Shown in pieces: positions 8,191-17,213 of a stretch of DNA of 64,000 nucleotides; within the stretch, counting starts at the first letter, position 1; every line of letters begins with the position of its first letter. Source of the stretch: Dehalococcoidia bacterium (lineage in GTDB: Bacteria > Chloroflexota > Dehalococcoidia > Lucifugimonadales > UBA2985). The notes below the pieces were generated by a model, which saw only the letters and a program-made list of their open reading frames with translations, made no database searches and was not told the DNA's origin. The DNA lies in assembly GCA_034422115.1 (NCBI GenBank), contig DAOUJW010000020.1, forward strand, positions 41,352-105,351, written 5' to 3'. The position numbers and the translations under genes are program-made.

Positions 8191-9681
8191 CTACAGCCCC
8201 GTCAACTCCAGCGTGGTCACCTGCTCCGTCTCCAGGTCCAGGACGCGAATGGCGTGGTTGTTGGTGTCGGCTATGTACAGCCTGCCGCCGGCCGCAGAAA
8301 CACCGGAAGGCTCGTCAAAGCAGGCGTCTCCTGCCCAGCCGTCCCGGAACCCGACCTCGCCCTTGCCTGCAATGGCCTCGGCGCTCCGCTCCTCCGGCAC
8401 AACCCGCTTTATCTTGTGGTTGTAGGTGTCGGCCACGTACAGGAAGCCGTCAACCAGCGCTACGCCAATGGGGTGCTGCAGGCGCACGTCGTCTCCTACG
8501 CCGTCCACGTCTCCAAACTCGAACAGGTCACGGCCTACTATCGTGTCGAGGCGTGAATTCTCTCCCAACTGCATCGTCCTGACGGCGCTGGACTCGCTGT
8601 CGGCAAAATACAGCCTCTCGCCGTCGGTGGCGATGCCGCTGGGCTGAGCCAGCCAGACGTACTCAACCGGGCCGTCCAGCAGCCCCTCGCGGCCCGTCCC
8701 GAGGATTGGGTAGAGCTGCCCGCCAGCCAGGTCCATCTCCCAAAGCTGGTGGAAGCCGGCCATTGCGATGAACAGCAGCCCGTTGTTATAAACCAGGTCC
8801 CAGGGCGAGTTCAGCTCTATGCTCTTTCCCTCTCCGCCCATGTGTACCTCCCGCGCCTGCTGCCCGCTGCCGGCAATGGTCTCCACTGAGCCGCCCGCCA
8901 GGTCTATCCTGCGGATGGCGTGGTTGTCCGTGTCCGCAACGTAGAGCGTCTCGCCTGCGAGGGCCATCCCTTGGGGGTGGTGAAACTGCGCCGACGACAA
9001 ATCGCCGTCCTGGAGGCCTGGCTCACCGCTGCCTATGACTGCCAGCGCCTCGCCGTCAAGGGAGGCGACGATTATGCGGTTGTGGTTGGTGTCCGCGATG
9101 AACAGTCGGCCGGAAGCCTCGTCCGCCAGCGCCTTGCCGGGGAATGAAAGGGTGGTCCGGCCGCCGTCTTCTACGCCGTCCGAAAGATGAAGGGGAGCGC
9201 GGTCCAGCATACCGTTGTCGTCGAACTCCTTGATCATCTCCTGGAGCACGCCGTCCAGCCTCTCAAAGGATGCCTCTCCGGTGATGCCGCCGATGATTTT
9301 GCCCTGGGGGTCGATGAAGATTATGGTGGGCCACGCCCTCACGCGGTACTGCTGCCAGACTTGGGACTCGCTGTCGTTGACCACGGGGTGCCTGATTCCG
9401 TAGCGCCTGATGGCCTGGCGGATGCCGTCGGTGTTCCTCTCAGACGTGAACTTGCCGCTGTGCACGCCGATGACGGCCAGCTCTTCCGGGTACTTCTGCT
9501 CCAGCTTCCGCAACTGCGGAAGTACGTGCATGCAGCCAATTCAGCAGTATGTCCAGAAATCCAGCAGCACCACCTTGCCCAGAAGATCGCCCAGGCTGAC
9601 CGGCTCCCGGCTGTTGAGCCACTCCAACCCGGACGGGAAGTCAGGCGCATCGGCCGTTCCGACGTATGATCTGGGCTGCAT
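8191..9681 (-). CDS. Thioredoxin-like + NHL-repeat protein (NHLRC2-like), probable selenoprotein with TGA at 9541-9543
   Basis: Open frame from ATG 9681 (AAGGAG RBS): [59 protein letters not shown], continuing into the 8191-9531 ORF with NHL repeats (FHHPQG, LNSPWD, LAQPSG, LQHPIG, FDEPSG). Confidence 0.88.
9505..9522 (-). promoter_or_regulatory. Candidate bacterial SECIS hairpin
   Basis: mRNA CUUCCGC-AGUU-GCGGAAG; the loop starts 26 nt after the UGA and has G at loop position 2. Confidence 0.6.
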
Positions 9682-9766
9682 GACGCTTGCTCCTTACGCG
9701 GGTGTGCCGCGTGACCGTTTGGTGTCACTATAGCACAAAGGAATGCTTCCGCTCATAGCGGCCGTT

Positions 9767-9794
9767 GTAAGGGCGGTTCGCAAACCGCCCCTAC
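9767..9794. repeat. GTAG-type REP palindrome
   Basis: GTAAGGGCGGTTCGCAAACCGCCCCTAC; relatives at 23971-23998 and 34449-34473. Confidence 0.7.
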
Positions 9795-9810
9795 GGGGTT
9801 GAAACTCTGC

Positions 9811-10686
9811 CTAGTGAAATGTGCCGGACTCCATGTCCAGGAGGGAGGCCCGGCCGGCGGCTTTGCCCTTGGCGGTTGCAAGCCGCGCCCGGAGCCCCGT
9901 GTACGCAAGCACCAGCATGAACAGCGTCGCCGAGAACAGCACCACCGTCGCTCCGGATGACACGTCCACGTAGTAGCTCAGGTATATGCCGCCCGTCCCG
10001 CAGAAAGCGCCCACCCCCGCCGACAGCATCATCATTGTGCCAAAGCTGTTGGTCAACAGCCTGGCGACTATGGGCGGTATGACGATGGCCGCCGCTATCA
10101 TCGTCACTCCCAGCACCTGGATTGACACCACTATCGTGGCCGCCAGCACCAGCGCGAGCATGGAGTCCGCCCAGCCTGTTGGCACTCCGTAGTACCTGGC
10201 AACCTCCGGGTCAAAGGTGGTGAACAGGAAGAACTTGTAGCCCACCAGGACGATGAGAAGGGAGGCGGCCACGACTGCCACGATAGCGATGAGGTCGCCG
10301 TCGGTGACGCCCAGGATGTTGCCGAAGAGGGCGGCGTCGAAGCTGCGGGTGAAGCTCTTGTAACGGCTTATCAGGGCAATGCCCAGGGCGAAGCTGGCGG
10401 TGGTCACGATGCCGATGGCGGCGTCGGCGCCAATCTTGCGCTTGCTGGTGGTCAGGTTGATGAGCAGCGCCGACACCAGGCCCCAGACGCTGGCCCCGGC
10501 GTAGAAGTTGATGGACATGATGTAGCTGACCACGGCGCCGCCGAAGATGGCGTGGGCCAGCCCGTGGCCTATGTAGGACATCCGCCTGAGGACTACGTAC
10601 ACCCCGATGAAGCCGCACAGCCCGCCCACCAGAGCGGCGGAGATAAGCCCTCTCACAAAGAACTCGTACTGAAGTGGCTCAAGCAC
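9811..10686 (-). CDS. znuB: Zn/Mn ABC transporter permease
   Basis: GVYVVLRRMSYIGHGLAHAIFGG, LFGNIL, PPIVARLLT, SSGATVVL. Confidence 0.93.
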   Translation of the reverse strand: MLEPLQYEFFVRGLISAALVGGLCGFIGVYVVLRRMSYIGHGLAHAIFGGAVVSYIMSINFYAGASVWGLVSALLINLTTSKRKIGADAAIGIVTTASFALGIALISRYKSFTRSFDAALFGNILGVTDGDLIAIVAVVAASLLIVLVGYKFFLFTTFDPEVARYYGVPTGWADSMLALVLAATIVVSIQVLGVTMIAAAIVIPPIVARLLTNSFGTMMMLSAGVGAFCGTGGIYLSYYVDVSSGATVVLFSATLFMLVLAYTGLRARLATAKGKAAGRASLLDMESGTFH

Positions 10687-10761
10687 TCTTATTTCCTCTC
10701 CAGGCTACCTGGCGATATGCGTTGACACCTATTGCGCAATCTTGCCAACCCGACGCAATTA

Positions 10762-11126
10762 ACCTCGTCATTCCTGCGAAAGCAGGAATCTAGCTCATAC
10801 TATCTGGTCATACAGGTCTGACCATACGGGATTGCCGTTCTCTATTAGCTCAATCTTCCACGCCCGTTTCCACTTCTTGATGGCCTTTTCCCTGCTGATG
10901 GCCGCCTCTATAGTTACGTGAGTTTCATACCATACTAGCTTGTGTACTCGATAACGCTTGGTAAAGCCACCGATAAAGTCATTCTTGTGCTCCCAGACCC
11001 GTCGGATCAAGTCCGAGGTGACGCCGATGTACAGGGCGCCATTTGGCCTGCTTGCAAGAATATAAACGCAAGGGGCAGCCATGGTTGGAGGCCTTTAGAT
11101 TCCTGCGAAAGCAGGAATGACGAGGT
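10762..11126. mobile_element. REP-bounded GIY-YIG unit inside the znu operon
   Basis: 31-bp inverted REPs (10762-10792 and 11096-11126) enclosing the nuclease gene. Confidence 0.65.
10795..11082 (-). CDS. Stand-alone GIY-YIG nuclease (UPF0213/SLX1-like)
   Basis: CVYILAS...LYIGVTSDLIRRVWEHK...AISREKAIKKWKRAWKIELIE. Confidence 0.93.
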   Translation of the reverse strand: MAAPCVYILASRPNGALYIGVTSDLIRRVWEHKNDFIGGFTKRYRVHKLVWYETHVTIEAAISREKAIKKWKRAWKIELIENGNPVWSDLYDQIV

Positions 11127-11185
11127 GGGTAACGTGGCTTGGTTTTCTCTCATATTCCAACGTATTACTCAAGTCTGATCAACCT

Positions 11186-12031
11186 CTAATTCGACGCCTC
11201 TCTGCCGGCGGGGGTCCGGTGGCTGTCTCTGCCGAAGAAGTGCGGGGTCTCAGCGACCAGGGTTATCCCCTGGTACTGCGTGACGGGCATATCCGCGCCG
11301 TAGGTGTGGCTGAGTATCTCGCTGGTGAAGACCTCACTTGGAGGGCCGTCGGCCACAAGGCGGCCGTTCAGGCACACGACGCGGGGGAGGTGAGCGGCCA
11401 CAGAGTTTATCTCGTGGGTGCTCATTATCACTGTTATGTCCTCGTGGTTGAGCTCGTCCAGGAGGTGCATCACGTCGTCGCGGGTCTTGATGTCCACGCC
11501 GGTGGTCGGCTCATCCAGGAGCAGCAGGCGGGGGTTGCTGACCAGGGCGCGGGCCAGGAAGGTGCGCTGCTGCTCGCCGCCGGACAGCTCGCGGATGTGC
11601 CTGCGGGCCAGCTTGGATATGCCCAGGCGGTCCATGATGCGCGCCGCCCGCTCCCTGTCCCCACGGCGGTGCCAGGGGAAGATTGCGCCGTCCATAGTGC
11701 ACCCCATCATCACCACCTCCTGCACCGTCACCGGAAAGTTCCAGTCGATGGTCTCAAGCTGGGGCACGTACCCGGCCCGGGGCCTCCTGTGGGCCACCGA
11801 CTGCCCCTCAACAACCACGTCACCGTGATAGATGTCCACGGCGCCCAGGATGCTGCGAAGAAGGGTGCTCTTGCCGGAGCCGCTTGGCCCAAGCAGGCCG
11901 ACGAAGTCGCCGGGCATGATGCTCAGGCTGACCTCCCTGAGCACGTGCCTGCCCTCGTAGCCGGAGGTTACGTCTCTCAGCTCCACGATGGGAGGCTCAT
12001 GGCCGTATTCGTGCGGGACGGGATGAAGCAT
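11186..12031 (-). CDS. znuC: Zn/Mn ABC transporter ATP-binding protein
   Basis: GPSGSGKST, GYVPQ, LSGGEQQR, LLLLDEP. Confidence 0.94.
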   Translation of the reverse strand: MLHPVPHEYGHEPPIVELRDVTSGYEGRHVLREVSLSIMPGDFVGLLGPSGSGKSTLLRSILGAVDIYHGDVVVEGQSVAHRRPRAGYVPQLETIDWNFPVTVQEVVMMGCTMDGAIFPWHRRGDRERAARIMDRLGISKLARRHIRELSGGEQQRTFLARALVSNPRLLLLDEPTTGVDIKTRDDVMHLLDELNHEDITVIMSTHEINSVAAHLPRVVCLNGRLVADGPPSEVFTSEILSHTYGADMPVTQYQGITLVAETPHFFGRDSHRTPAGREASN

Positions 12032-12038
12032 GTTGCGC

Positions 12039-13061
12039 CTACTGCGGGTAGATGGCCCCGCTGTCTCCTTCGAATACCAGGCCGGGGTCGAATCCCTCCA
12101 GGGGTTCGATGCTGCCGCCCAGCGCGGTGACGATTATCTCTACGTCGGCCAGAATAAGTCCCAGGTAGGTGTGACGAGGATCGCCGGGCGCGCCGGGCAG
12201 GTCGTCGTCCCTCAGCTGGTCGACGAACTCGGCTCCGCCCTCCTTCGCTATCTGCGCCATGACGGGGCTGGGGAACACCTCCGAACCGAATATGGCAGGC
12301 ACCTGAGACTCGCGGATCTGTTCAATGAGCTGCGCCACATCCCTCGCCGATGGCTCAGTGAAGTCTGAGGGCTGGACTGCTCCGATGATCTCAAAGCCGT
12401 ACCTCGGCCCGAAGTATGGGAAGGAGTCGTGGTAGGTCAGCAGCTTGCGGTTCTGGGGCGGGATGGTGGCGACGGCCTCGATTATGCGCTCGTCCAGGTC
12501 GGTAATGCGCACTGTGAGGGCGGCCAGGTTGTCGTTGTAGTAGTCGGCGTTGTCCGGGTCGGCGGCCGCCAGCGCGTCCCGGATAAGCTCGGCGTATCTC
12601 AGCGCCAGGGGAGGAGATGTCCAGAGATGCGGGTTGGGGTGCCCGTCCGCCTCCGGGAATGAGAAGTCAAAGACCCACTCCTCGCGGCTGACCGCCTTGT
12701 CCCCCAGGGTGACGATAACCGCGCCGGCCTTCTTGTTGGCCCTGGCCATCTCAATGGAAGGCTCCTCCAGGAAGAGGCCGTTGGCGATGAACAGGTCTGC
12801 GTCCGACAGGATGGCCGCGACCGACGGCGAAGGCTCAAAGGTGTGGGAGTTGACGCCCTCCGGCACAATCCCCTCAAGGTCGATGCGCGTGCCTCCGATG
12901 TTCTCCACAAGGCTGGTGATGGGAGAAACCGTAGTGACCACTCTGATCTTTCCTCCGGCGTCCCGGGTCTCATCCTGTGTGCAGGCCACAGCCAGAAGTA
13001 GCAGCGCCGCGGCCAGCGCCATGACATATAGAGATGCTTTGTTGACTATTTGGGTACGCAT
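12039..13061 (-). CDS. znuA: Metal ABC transporter substrate-binding lipoprotein (ZnuA/TroA family)
   Basis: Lipobox LAVAC; NSHTFEP, NPHLW, TYHDSFPY. Confidence 0.92.
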   Translation of the reverse strand: MRTQIVNKASLYVMALAAALLLLAVACTQDETRDAGGKIRVVTTVSPITSLVENIGGTRIDLEGIVPEGVNSHTFEPSPSVAAILSDADLFIANGLFLEEPSIEMARANKKAGAVIVTLGDKAVSREEWVFDFSFPEADGHPNPHLWTSPPLALRYAELIRDALAAADPDNADYYNDNLAALTVRITDLDERIIEAVATIPPQNRKLLTYHDSFPYFGPRYGFEIIGAVQPSDFTEPSARDVAQLIEQIRESQVPAIFGSEVFPSPVMAQIAKEGGAEFVDQLRDDDLPGAPGDPRHTYLGLILADVEIIVTALGGSIEPLEGFDPGLVFEGDSGAIYPQ

Positions 13062-13471
13062 TCGGCGCAGGCCCCCCCGACGGCAAAGTGTTCAAGGTCC
13101 GGCTCAAAGCCGAACTCCTTTATCAGACGCTCGCGGAACTCCTCCAGGTAGGAGGGGCTAAGGTCGAAGGTGCGACCGCAGCCCCGGCACACCATGTGAT
13201 GGTGCTTGTTGGGTTCCGCAACCTCGTACTGCGCCGAGCCGTCGCCCAGGGCGATCTCCGTGACCAGGTGCAGCCGCTTGAGAAGCTGGAGGATGCGGTA
13301 CACGGTGGCTATGTCCAGGTAGGGGTAAAGCTGGGTCACGCGCCGGTGGATGGCCTCCGCCGTCAGGTGGCCGTCGCTCTCGGCAATGGCCTGGAGCACC
13401 ATCACGCGCTGGGGGGTCAGGCGGTATCCCGCCTCCCGGAGTGTTTCCAAAACGGCATTGTGTCTGGTCAT
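13046..13471 (-). CDS. zur: Fur-family regulator, probably Zur
   Basis: RLTPQR, ATVYRILQLL, HHHMVCRGC, CAEC; heads the znu operon; ATG 13471 preferred over TTG 13486. Confidence 0.85.
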   Translation of the reverse strand: MTRHNAVLETLREAGYRLTPQRVMVLQAIAESDGHLTAEAIHRRVTQLYPYLDIATVYRILQLLKRLHLVTEIALGDGSAQYEVAEPNKHHHMVCRGCGRTFDLSPSYLEEFRERLIKEFGFEPDLEHFAVGGACAECVPK

Positions 13472-13481
13472 TGGTTTCTTA

Positions 13482-13529
13482 TGCAACTGGTTGCAACAGC
13501 ATTTTACTGCTATACGACAAAATGGTCAA
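13482..13529 (-). promoter_or_regulatory. zur-znu promoter with a palindromic operator
   Basis: TTGACC (13524-13529)-17-TAAAAT (13501-13506); perfect palindrome TGCAAC-TG-GTTGCA at 13482-13495 over the predicted TSS. Confidence 0.65.
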
Positions 13530-13635
13530 TAGTGTTTAATATGGAATAACGAAACTACAGAGCCGTGGGAAACGGCTTAAACAAGGTAATATGTCAGGGC
13601 TTGCCACCCACGAGTTGCGCTGGTACATTGCCTGT

Positions 13636-13926
13636 ATGAAACTTCCCGACCGGCTTACAGTTGGCGGAGTCAAGGCGGTGGACCTAATTGCTATCGGTGG
13701 TGTCAACTCAATTGGCGTCGTGGCTATTGGCGGGGTCAACTCGATAGGTGTGATCGCCATTGGCGGAGCAAGCGCTACTGGCCTAATCGCTATTGGCGGC
13801 GCGAACGCAATGGGCCTCATTGCCTTCGGCGGCGCGTTTGCCCGCGGGATAATCTCCCACACGTTGCGGGAGCGGCGGAAACTCAGGAGTGGTCTGAACA
13901 AATCTAACGTCATTCCCGAGAAGTAA
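13636..13926 (+). CDS. Small Gly-rich 11-aa-repeat hydrophobic protein
   Basis: About 5 repeats like IAIGGVNSIGV; TTGCCA-17-TACATT-6nt-ATG leaderless promoter supports the start at 13636. Confidence 0.75.
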   Translation: MKLPDRLTVGGVKAVDLIAIGGVNSIGVVAIGGVNSIGVIAIGGASATGLIAIGGANAMGLIAFGGAFARGIISHTLRERRKLRSGLNKSNVIPEK

Positions 13927-14026
13927 GGAGTTTGCGCCCCGTTCCCTGGATTCCGGCGAAAGCCGGAATGACGGTGAGGGTGTCCTTGAACTAGAAGGTC
14001 GTGTTTGCTACTTGTTCAGAGGATTC
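13887..14026. mobile_element. MITE-like element (relative of 21209-21322, inverted)
   Basis: 13997-14026 is the reverse complement of 21209-21238 at 28/30; left end GAGTGGTCTGAACA; internal REP pair 13907-13972. Confidence 0.65.
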
Positions 14027-14159
14027 TTGGCGTTTCCTTCTGATGTTGCCCCAGGTAAGGCTCGCAAGCTGCCATCTCTGCATAGGCGTTGTGCTACAAT
14101 ATCCAGGATATGCCTGCGATTCTCAATATCCGCGAGTACGCCTTGCTGGAGATCGTCCC

Positions 14160-14717
14160 GTGAGCCTACGACTAATAGAAGACACGGCAGCAAGGAGACT
14201 CGGTCTGCTGGCGCTCCTCTCTGTAGCGGGTCTGGCAGCTCTAGTCGTGGGCTGCGCATCCCAGCCAGATACGCTGTCGGCTGAGGAGATGGAGGAGGAG
14301 GCCCAGGGCATAGACAAGAGCCTCATGTGTCCCGTATGCCCCAGCGAGACCATCGACCAGTCCCAGACGCAGCTTGCCAAGCAGATGCGGGACATTGTGC
14401 GCGAGAAGCTGGCCGCGGGCGAAAGCCGTGAAGAGATACTCCGCTTCTTCGAGGACAGATACGGCACGTCGGTGCTGGCTGAGCCGCCCAGAAGCGGGTT
14501 CAACCTGCTGGTGTGGGTAGCGCCTCCCGTTGCGCTGGCGGCCGGGGGCCTTGTGCTCGCGGTCGCGCTGCGGGCCATGCGCAGGTCCCACGACTCCGAC
14601 TCCGCCGGGGACGTGCGTGAGGATGAGCCGGGACTGGAGCCGTACCTCTCCGCAGTGGACAGGGAGATACAGGGCATAACCCCAATTACCGATGACACCT
14701 CGGAAGGGAGGGGCTAG
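14160..14717 (+). CDS. ccmH: Cytochrome c biogenesis protein CcmH
   Basis: LMCPVC..ETIDQS, RYG..VLAEPP; GTG start with GGAG upstream. Confidence 0.9.
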   Translation: MSLRLIEDTAARRLGLLALLSVAGLAALVVGCASQPDTLSAEEMEEEAQGIDKSLMCPVCPSETIDQSQTQLAKQMRDIVREKLAAGESREEILRFFEDRYGTSVLAEPPRSGFNLLVWVAPPVALAAGGLVLAVALRAMRRSHDSDSAGDVREDEPGLEPYLSAVDREIQGITPITDDTSEGRG

Positions 14718-14719
14718 CC

Positions 14720-16717
14720 TTGGCCGACCTGGGATACGTAACGCTGCTTCTGGCCCTGGTGCTGGCTTGCTACTCGGTGGTGGCGTCTTTTGTGGGGGCG
14801 GGCAGGGGTGCGCCGCACCTTGTCAGGAGCGCGCTGAACGCTACGTACCTGTCTCCCGTCGCGCTGGGCCTGTCCACGGCCGGGCTTGTGGGCGCGTTTG
14901 TGTCCAGGGATTTCAGCGTGGAGTACGTGTGGGCCAACAGCAGCCGGGCCATGGACATCCAGTACATCTGGGTCGCCTTCTACGCCGGCAATGAAGGCTC
15001 GATTCTGTTCATCGCATTTGCGCTGGCGGTGCTCGCGGCCGCGGCGGTGTACTTCAGCCCTAAGGCCTTGCAGCCCAGCCTGCCATACGTCAACGCGGTC
15101 ATCATGCTGGTGCTTGTCTTCTTCGTGGGCGTGATGGTGTTTCTGGCCAACCCCTTCGCACGCCTCGATATTGTGCCTACGGACGGCCGCGGCATAAACC
15201 CGCTGCTGACCCATCCCGGCATGTTTGTGCATCCTCCAATGCTTATGACGGGGCTTATCTCCTTCACCATCCCCTTCGCCATTGCGATGGGCGCGATTCT
15301 GTCCGGCAAGACCGGCGATGAGTGGGTGGACGCGGGCCGCACTTGGGGCATACTGTCCTGGGCGCTGCTGGGCATAGGGCTGCTGCTGGGCGCGTGGTGG
15401 GCCTACACCATCTTGGGCTGGGGTGGGTACTGGGCGTGGGACCCCGTGGAGAACGCCGGATTCATGCCCTGGCTTGTGATCACGGCCTTCATCCACTCCA
15501 TCATGGTGCAGAAGCGACGCGGCATGTTCCGTATGTGGAACCTCGCCCTCCTCATAATCGCCTTTGGCTTTGCCCAGTTCGGGATGTTCATCAACCGGGG
15601 CGGCCCCGTGCCGTCGGTGCACTCCTTCGGACAGTCGACCCTGGGCTGGATATTTCTCCTGTTCATGGGCGTTACGATGGTCATCTCCTTTGCCGTCTTC
15701 TTCTGGAGGTACAACAGCCTCAAGAGCGCCCAGACCCTTGAGTCTGCCCTGTCCAGAGAGGGCGCTTTCCTGGTGAACAACCTCCTGTTCCTGGGCGTGG
15801 CCTCCGTCACGCTGTGGGGGGTTGTCTACCCGCTCATCTCCGACCTGTTCCAGGGGGAAGTCATCACGGTGGGGCAGCCCTTCTACAACCAGGTGAACGG
15901 GCCGATGTTTCTGGCCCTCATCTTCCTGATGGGCGTGGCCCCCTTCCTGCCGTGGCGACGGGCCTCCTGGCGAACTGTGCGACAGGCGTTGATCGCGCCC
16001 GTCGCCGTCGCACTTGTGGTCGTGGCTGTCCTGCTGGCGATAGGTGTGCGTAACCCCTTCGCCGTGACCGCCTTCGGCCTGTGCGCCTTCGTCACCGCGG
16101 GCATCGTGCGGGAGTGGGCCAGGGGCACGATTTCGAGACGCGGCAGGGGAGAGAGCTACCCCGTCGCCTTTGTCAGGCTAATCGCCGGAAATCGTCCCCG
16201 GTACGGCGGGTATGTGGTACACCTGGCGGTGGTGCTGCTGGCCCTGGGCGTGGCGGGGTCATCCTTCTACGGAATCCAGCGAGACGTGGCGCTGGCCCCC
16301 GGTGAGGCCACCGAGATTGGCGGGTACTTCGTGAAGTACATCGGCTCCTCGGCGGTCGAGAGGGCGGACCGAGTGGAGGCGAGGACGGAGGTGCATGTGT
16401 TCAGGGGCGACGACTTCCTGGGCGTCTACCGGCCCAAGCGTGACTTCTATCCCAGCTTCAACCTGGCGTCGACCCAGGCGGCGATTCGCTCCACGCCCAT
16501 CGAGGACCTGTACATCATTCCGGGCGAGATCCTGGACGACGGGCGCGTGGTGTTCAGGATATTCGTCAATCCCCTGGTGATGTGGATGTGGGTGGCCGGC
16601 CCGATGCTGGTGGTGGGCGTGATGGTGGCCCTCTGGCCCCAGAGGGAACCGGCGACGGTGTACGCACGCTCGCCCTTGGACGACGCCGCGGTGCGGTCGG
16701 GCGCAGTCACCGGCTGA
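14720..16717 (+). CDS. ccmF: Cytochrome c heme lyase CcmF
   Basis: NPLLTHPGMFVHPP, WGGYWAWDPVEN, SVHSF. Confidence 0.96.
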   Translation: MADLGYVTLLLALVLACYSVVASFVGAGRGAPHLVRSALNATYLSPVALGLSTAGLVGAFVSRDFSVEYVWANSSRAMDIQYIWVAFYAGNEGSILFIAFALAVLAAAAVYFSPKALQPSLPYVNAVIMLVLVFFVGVMVFLANPFARLDIVPTDGRGINPLLTHPGMFVHPPMLMTGLISFTIPFAIAMGAILSGKTGDEWVDAGRTWGILSWALLGIGLLLGAWWAYTILGWGGYWAWDPVENAGFMPWLVITAFIHSIMVQKRRGMFRMWNLALLIIAFGFAQFGMFINRGGPVPSVHSFGQSTLGWIFLLFMGVTMVISFAVFFWRYNSLKSAQTLESALSREGAFLVNNLLFLGVASVTLWGVVYPLISDLFQGEVITVGQPFYNQVNGPMFLALIFLMGVAPFLPWRRASWRTVRQALIAPVAVALVVVAVLLAIGVRNPFAVTAFGLCAFVTAGIVREWARGTISRRGRGESYPVAFVRLIAGNRPRYGGYVVHLAVVLLALGVAGSSFYGIQRDVALAPGEATEIGGYFVKYIGSSAVERADRVEARTEVHVFRGDDFLGVYRPKRDFYPSFNLASTQAAIRSTPIEDLYIIPGEILDDGRVVFRIFVNPLVMWMWVAGPMLVVGVMVALWPQREPATVYARSPLDDAAVRSGAVTG

Positions 16718-16721
16718 GCCT

Positions 16722-17213
16722 ATGCCCTTCTTCTTGGGTCTGGTCTTTGCTTTCTTCGCCATTCTTGTCCTGGCGTGGCCCATCCTCAGACGCAGCCGCT
16801 CCGCGCCCAACCCTGCGCCACCGCCCGACGCCCTGAGTGAAGTCGCGCAACGCCGCGCCCGGATATACGACGACATCAAGACCCTGGCCTTGGACTACGA
16901 GCTTGGCAACGTGCCCTCCGAGGAGTACAGCGCCAAGCTGGCGGCCTTCCGCCTTGAGGCCGCCCGCGCCCTTCGCGACCAGGAGCAGCTACATCAGGCC
17001 CAGGCCGGCCTGGAGGACGACCTTGAGAGGGATGTGCTGGAACTGCGCAGGTCGTGGGGCAGCGTGACCAAGACGGTTCTTTGCGAGGTGTGCGGCAAAG
17101 ATGTGGATGCTGCCGCCGCGCTGTGCCCAAGGTGCGAGCTTCCACTGAGTCAAGAAACTCCAGGCCAGGAAAACCCTTCATCGGAGGGAAAGGCGTCGTG
17201 GGCAGAGCAGTAG
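16722..17213 (+). CDS. CcmI-like membrane protein with C-terminal zinc ribbon
   Basis: N-terminal TM, LALDYELGNVPSEEY motif, CEVC...CPRC; in the ccm operon. Confidence 0.7.
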   Translation: MPFFLGLVFAFFAILVLAWPILRRSRSAPNPAPPPDALSEVAQRRARIYDDIKTLALDYELGNVPSEEYSAKLAAFRLEAARALRDQEQLHQAQAGLEDDLERDVLELRRSWGSVTKTVLCEVCGKDVDAAAALCPRCELPLSQETPGQENPSSEGKASWAEQ

